A stretch of DNA of 64,000 nt from an uncultured Chlamydiae bacterium (GTDB lineage Bacteria > Chlamydiota > Chlamydiia > Chlamydiales > Parachlamydiaceae). The notes beneath the pieces were generated by a model. It did not search any database. It was not told where the DNA came from and was given only the letters and a program-made list of their open reading frames with translations. The stretch spans positions 1,088,001 through 1,152,000 of the forward strand of contig CAVWGN010000001.1 in the NCBI GenBank assembly GCA_963754655.1. The letters run 5' to 3'. The translations under genes were made by a program, and so were the position numbers. The stretch's first letter is position 1; the number at the start of each line of letters is the position of its first letter. Of the stretch, positions 61,021 to 64,000 are shown one piece after another.

Positions 61021-61627
61021 TTTTTACTAAAAATATTTGACACTTGCAGCCCTTCAGGCTGCATGACACAACTCACTCATATATCCAGGACGTTGCTCCA
61101 TACGCATCAAGCTAAGAGATGAGCGTAAGCTACGCGATGCATTCAGTCGCCGCGCCGCTTCGCTCTGGGCTCTATGCGTGGTTTGAGAACCCACCGTTCG
61201 GTCGCCCTCCGGGCTCTGTCACGGTGGGTTAGGATCAGTCGTCCTACGGACTCTAGCGGCATTATCAGAATGCCTTGACTACCATTCAATGGCTTCTAAA
61301 TTGCCGCTAGAGTCCGTAGGACGACTGATCCTAGCCCACCGTGACAGAGCCCGGAGGGCGACCGAACGGTGGGTTCTCAAACCCCGCACAGAGCCCAGAG
61401 CGAAGCGGCGCGGCGACTGAATGCATCGCGTAGCTTACGCTCATCTCTTAGCTTGATGCTTATGGGGCGTTGCTCTGGTCTATTGTACTTACCGCCTTTC
61501 AGGCTCTGAACATTGGACATTTTTGGAAGACCTCCTTCTATAACGTTTGTAGGGGCTATGCCTATTAAATGGTACCTACTCCATAATCATTTTAGGAACG
61601 GTTAACAAAAAATGTCCAATGTTCAGA
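61021..61627. mobile_element. REP-like host element interrupted by a 366-bp palindrome
   Basis: 61021-61080 matches 4719-4780; 61494-61627 matches 45774-45907. Insert 61099-61464 has 163-bp arms (4 mismatches) and is flanked by GG(A/G)CGTTGCTC. Confidence 0.88.
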
Positions 61628-61637
61628 CAAGTGTTAA

Positions 61638-61757
61638 AGTACATCAAGACGAATTGCTACTCGTTACGATAAGTTAGGAAAAATATTTAGAGGAGTGGTT
61701 ATAATTGCGTTTATTATAATTTATATCACATGTTGGTAATGTTTTTCAAACACGCTC
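61638..61757 (+). pseudogene. 3' remnant of an IS5-family transposase with right terminal repeat
   Basis: Frame from 61638 reads STSRRIATRYDKLGKIFRGVVIIAFIIIYITCW* (IS5 C-terminal RRIATRYDK motif), followed by TTTTCAAACACGCTC. Confidence 0.8.
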
Positions 61758-62091
61758 CAGGGTGTGTTTGGAAAAGGCTACTTTTTGTTGGGGTTTAAGG
61801 GGCTTTGCCCCTTTTTTGGAGTGCATCAATCTGGGATTCATGTCGCCGAGTACCTCACAGCCCTACCATCAAAAGAGGTACTGAAAAATCAAGGTTTGAC
61901 TGCCGAAAAGTAGAAGAGTTTAAGAAAGCAATATGTCGTTTAAGGAATTGTTGTTTACAGCTTTTTGATAGAAGGGATCGACAAGCTCTGTTGCTTGAGT
62001 CTAGAAATCGATTCTACATTTTTTCGTTAGCAAACCAAATTTTGCATACTAACCAACTAAATGTGCATCTAGAAAAATGGAAAAATATTCC

Positions 62092-62121
62092 TTGACAAAA
62101 AAGAGGAAAGCTATGTAAATT
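62092..62121 (+). promoter_or_regulatory. Candidate sigma70/66 promoter
   Basis: TTGACA-N18-TAAATT upstream of the small ORF and symporter. Confidence 0.4.
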
Positions 62122-62209
62122 TGAGGCTACGTTTAGATCTTAGACTTTACGAAATCGGTTGTCTATTATATATTAACGCTTCTTAACCTTATTATAAGGA
62201 GTCCCCACA

Positions 62210-62368
62210 ATGTGTACCGGTTATGAAGGATTGGAGAGTCATCGGCTCGACGATCTTTATATAAATAATTCAGCTATCCATTCTTTTTCAGATTCTTCTT
62301 TGTCCCTTTCTTGCCATTTTGCGTCATTGAAACGCAAGCCCTTTTTCGTTTGTTCTAAACGAAAGTAA
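62210..62368 (+). CDS. 52-aa small ORF in the symporter leader
   Basis: AAGGAG RBS, then MCTGYEGLESHRLDDLY...RKPFFVCSKRK*. Confidence 0.4.
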   Translation: MCTGYEGLESHRLDDLYINNSAIHSFSDSSLSLSCHFASLKRKPFFVCSKRK

Positions 62369-62537
62369 CTCCCACTTTTTTATTTTTGGCTTCTATAAGC
62401 CGCTTTTTACATTTATTGCGTTCGTTAGCTTTGTAGCTTAGTTTAATTTGCTGCCTTTTTGCTTTTCTTTAGGCAGCTGCTTAATCCATCCCAGCTAACT
62501 TCCGCTTGTATTAAATATTATTTTAAAGGAATTTTTT

Positions 62538-63899
62538 ATGTTCAATCATGTTTTTAATTTTCTCATGGAAGCCGATGCTGCCTTTTGGGGGTACATAGGT
62601 TTTTCCATCATCATTTTTCTCGGATGTTATTTAACATTTACAACTCGTTTCTTTCAGATTCGAGCATTCCCGCATGTGGTTCATACATTTGTTCAGGAAA
62701 TTTTCCATCATCCTGTCGGCACTCGAGGATTGCATCCCCTAAAAGCATTTTTTGCTTCCGTGGGAGGCATGCTTGGAGTGGGCAATGTTGTGGGAATTGT
62801 CACCGCAATTCAACTTGGAGGCCCTGGGGCTCTATTTTGGGTTTGGATCGCAGGCTTTGCCGGCACACTAATTAAGTACGCGGAAATTTATTTAGGGCTA
62901 AAGTATCGCGTGCGGAATGAACGCCAAAGCTATGACGGCGGACCCATGTATTTTCTAAGAAAGGCATTTGGAGTGAAGTGGGTTTCAGTGACAGTTTGCG
63001 TTCTTCTCTGCATCTACGGAGCTGAAATTTATCAGTTTAATGTCGTTGTCGAAACGATTGCCTATTCGTGGAATATCAACAGCTTTTTGGTCGCAATCGG
63101 ACTTTTGAGTTTAGTTCTATTTGCTGCTATGGGCGGAGTGACGCGGGTTGCTAGAGTGTGCTCGTGGATTATGCCTATCTTCATGCTCGTTTATATCAGC
63201 ATGAGCTTATGGGTCATCGGAAGTTACCTTACCGATTTACCGACAATAATGGCTATGGTGATTAAGTCTGCGTTTAGTGGACATGCAGCATTGGGAGGCT
63301 TTGCAGGGAGCACCATGATGCTTGCGATCCAAAACGGAATGGCAGGAGCTTGCTATGCAGCAGATATTGGGATTGGATATGATTCAACGATTCAAAGTGA
63401 ATCACATACGATCTATCCAGAAAGACAGGCGCGCATGGCTTTTTTTGGTGTCTGCCTGGATAACTTCATATGCACGTTAAGCATTTTAGTTGTCCTTGTT
63501 ACGGGTCTGTGGCAAACCCCAATTGGCAGCGAAAGTGCTCCTCTTGTGCAAATGGCCTTTTCGCAATATTTTCCATTTATGGATATCATCATGCCACTTT
63601 TTGTTTTCATTTTGGGATATACGACATTAATCGCATATCTCATCGTCGGAATGAAATGTGCAAAATATCTTTCTCCACGCAATGGAGCTAAATTTTACAT
63701 TGGCTATAGCATCTTTGTATTCACCTTCTTCGCTTTTTTTGATCAGACACAAGCATTGCTTGTCATGCGGATGGCAGGAGCTCTTTTATTGATCATTAAC
63801 CTGACAGGTATCTACCGTCTTAGAAAGGAAATTATTTTTGCTTATGACATAACTCCTTCGGAATCGAGCGTAATCGCTTGTGGACAAGGAGGCTACTAG
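62538..63899 (+). CDS. Alanine/glycine:cation symporter (AGCS family)
   Basis: GVGNVVG, GGPGALFWVW, GGPMYFL, D.FICT. Confidence 0.93.
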   Translation: MFNHVFNFLMEADAAFWGYIGFSIIIFLGCYLTFTTRFFQIRAFPHVVHTFVQEIFHHPVGTRGLHPLKAFFASVGGMLGVGNVVGIVTAIQLGGPGALFWVWIAGFAGTLIKYAEIYLGLKYRVRNERQSYDGGPMYFLRKAFGVKWVSVTVCVLLCIYGAEIYQFNVVVETIAYSWNINSFLVAIGLLSLVLFAAMGGVTRVARVCSWIMPIFMLVYISMSLWVIGSYLTDLPTIMAMVIKSAFSGHAALGGFAGSTMMLAIQNGMAGACYAADIGIGYDSTIQSESHTIYPERQARMAFFGVCLDNFICTLSILVVLVTGLWQTPIGSESAPLVQMAFSQYFPFMDIIMPLFVFILGYTTLIAYLIVGMKCAKYLSPRNGAKFYIGYSIFVFTFFAFFDQTQALLVMRMAGALLLIINLTGIYRLRKEIIFAYDITPSESSVIACGQGGY

Positions 63900-64000
63900 A
63901 TGCTGCAACTATATCAGCTTGGAACAATAACAACACAATCCTTTGATAGTTCAGGAACAGTTTCTGATGTTCAATTGAACATGGAAAGAAAGCAAGAAGA

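Noticed and set aside
61805..62095. 96-aa ORF after the second IS-like end, considered as a transposase
   Set aside because: TTG start and no recognisable transposase motif; no matching second end seen.
62220..62537. Glycine riboswitch upstream of the AGCS symporter
   Set aside because: GGAGAG is present, but I could not find the CCGAAG and CTCAGG core elements.

Overview
AT-rich chromosomal window, most consistent with an environmental chlamydia (Parachlamydiaceae/Protochlamydia-like). This is inferred from the plant-type FabI, a FliO-like gene, and F-box/DUF4116, TPR and RGS effector-like proteins. It holds about 45 CDS: housekeeping genes, an ABC-2 exporter, a general-stress operon with a CHASE histidine kinase, and a degenerating kdp locus. 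No rRNA, tRNA or CRISPR array was seen. The main signal is a set of long intergenic palindromic elements (4.7-5.2, 15.2, 22.9-23.5, 45.6-46.7, 48.5-48.8 and 61.0-61.8 kb). Their cores differ in sequence but share one hairpin grammar (small hairpin, 10-11 nt, AGCC-stem-GGT). They sit inside several types of IS-like ends and nest inside each other. One shows mirrored arm substitutions between copies, one has a 9-bp target duplication with its empty site in the window, and one lies on the axis of a 5-kb inverted duplication of two NLS-bearing 36-aa TPR-repeat genes. All calls come from motif reading by eye; no searches were run.
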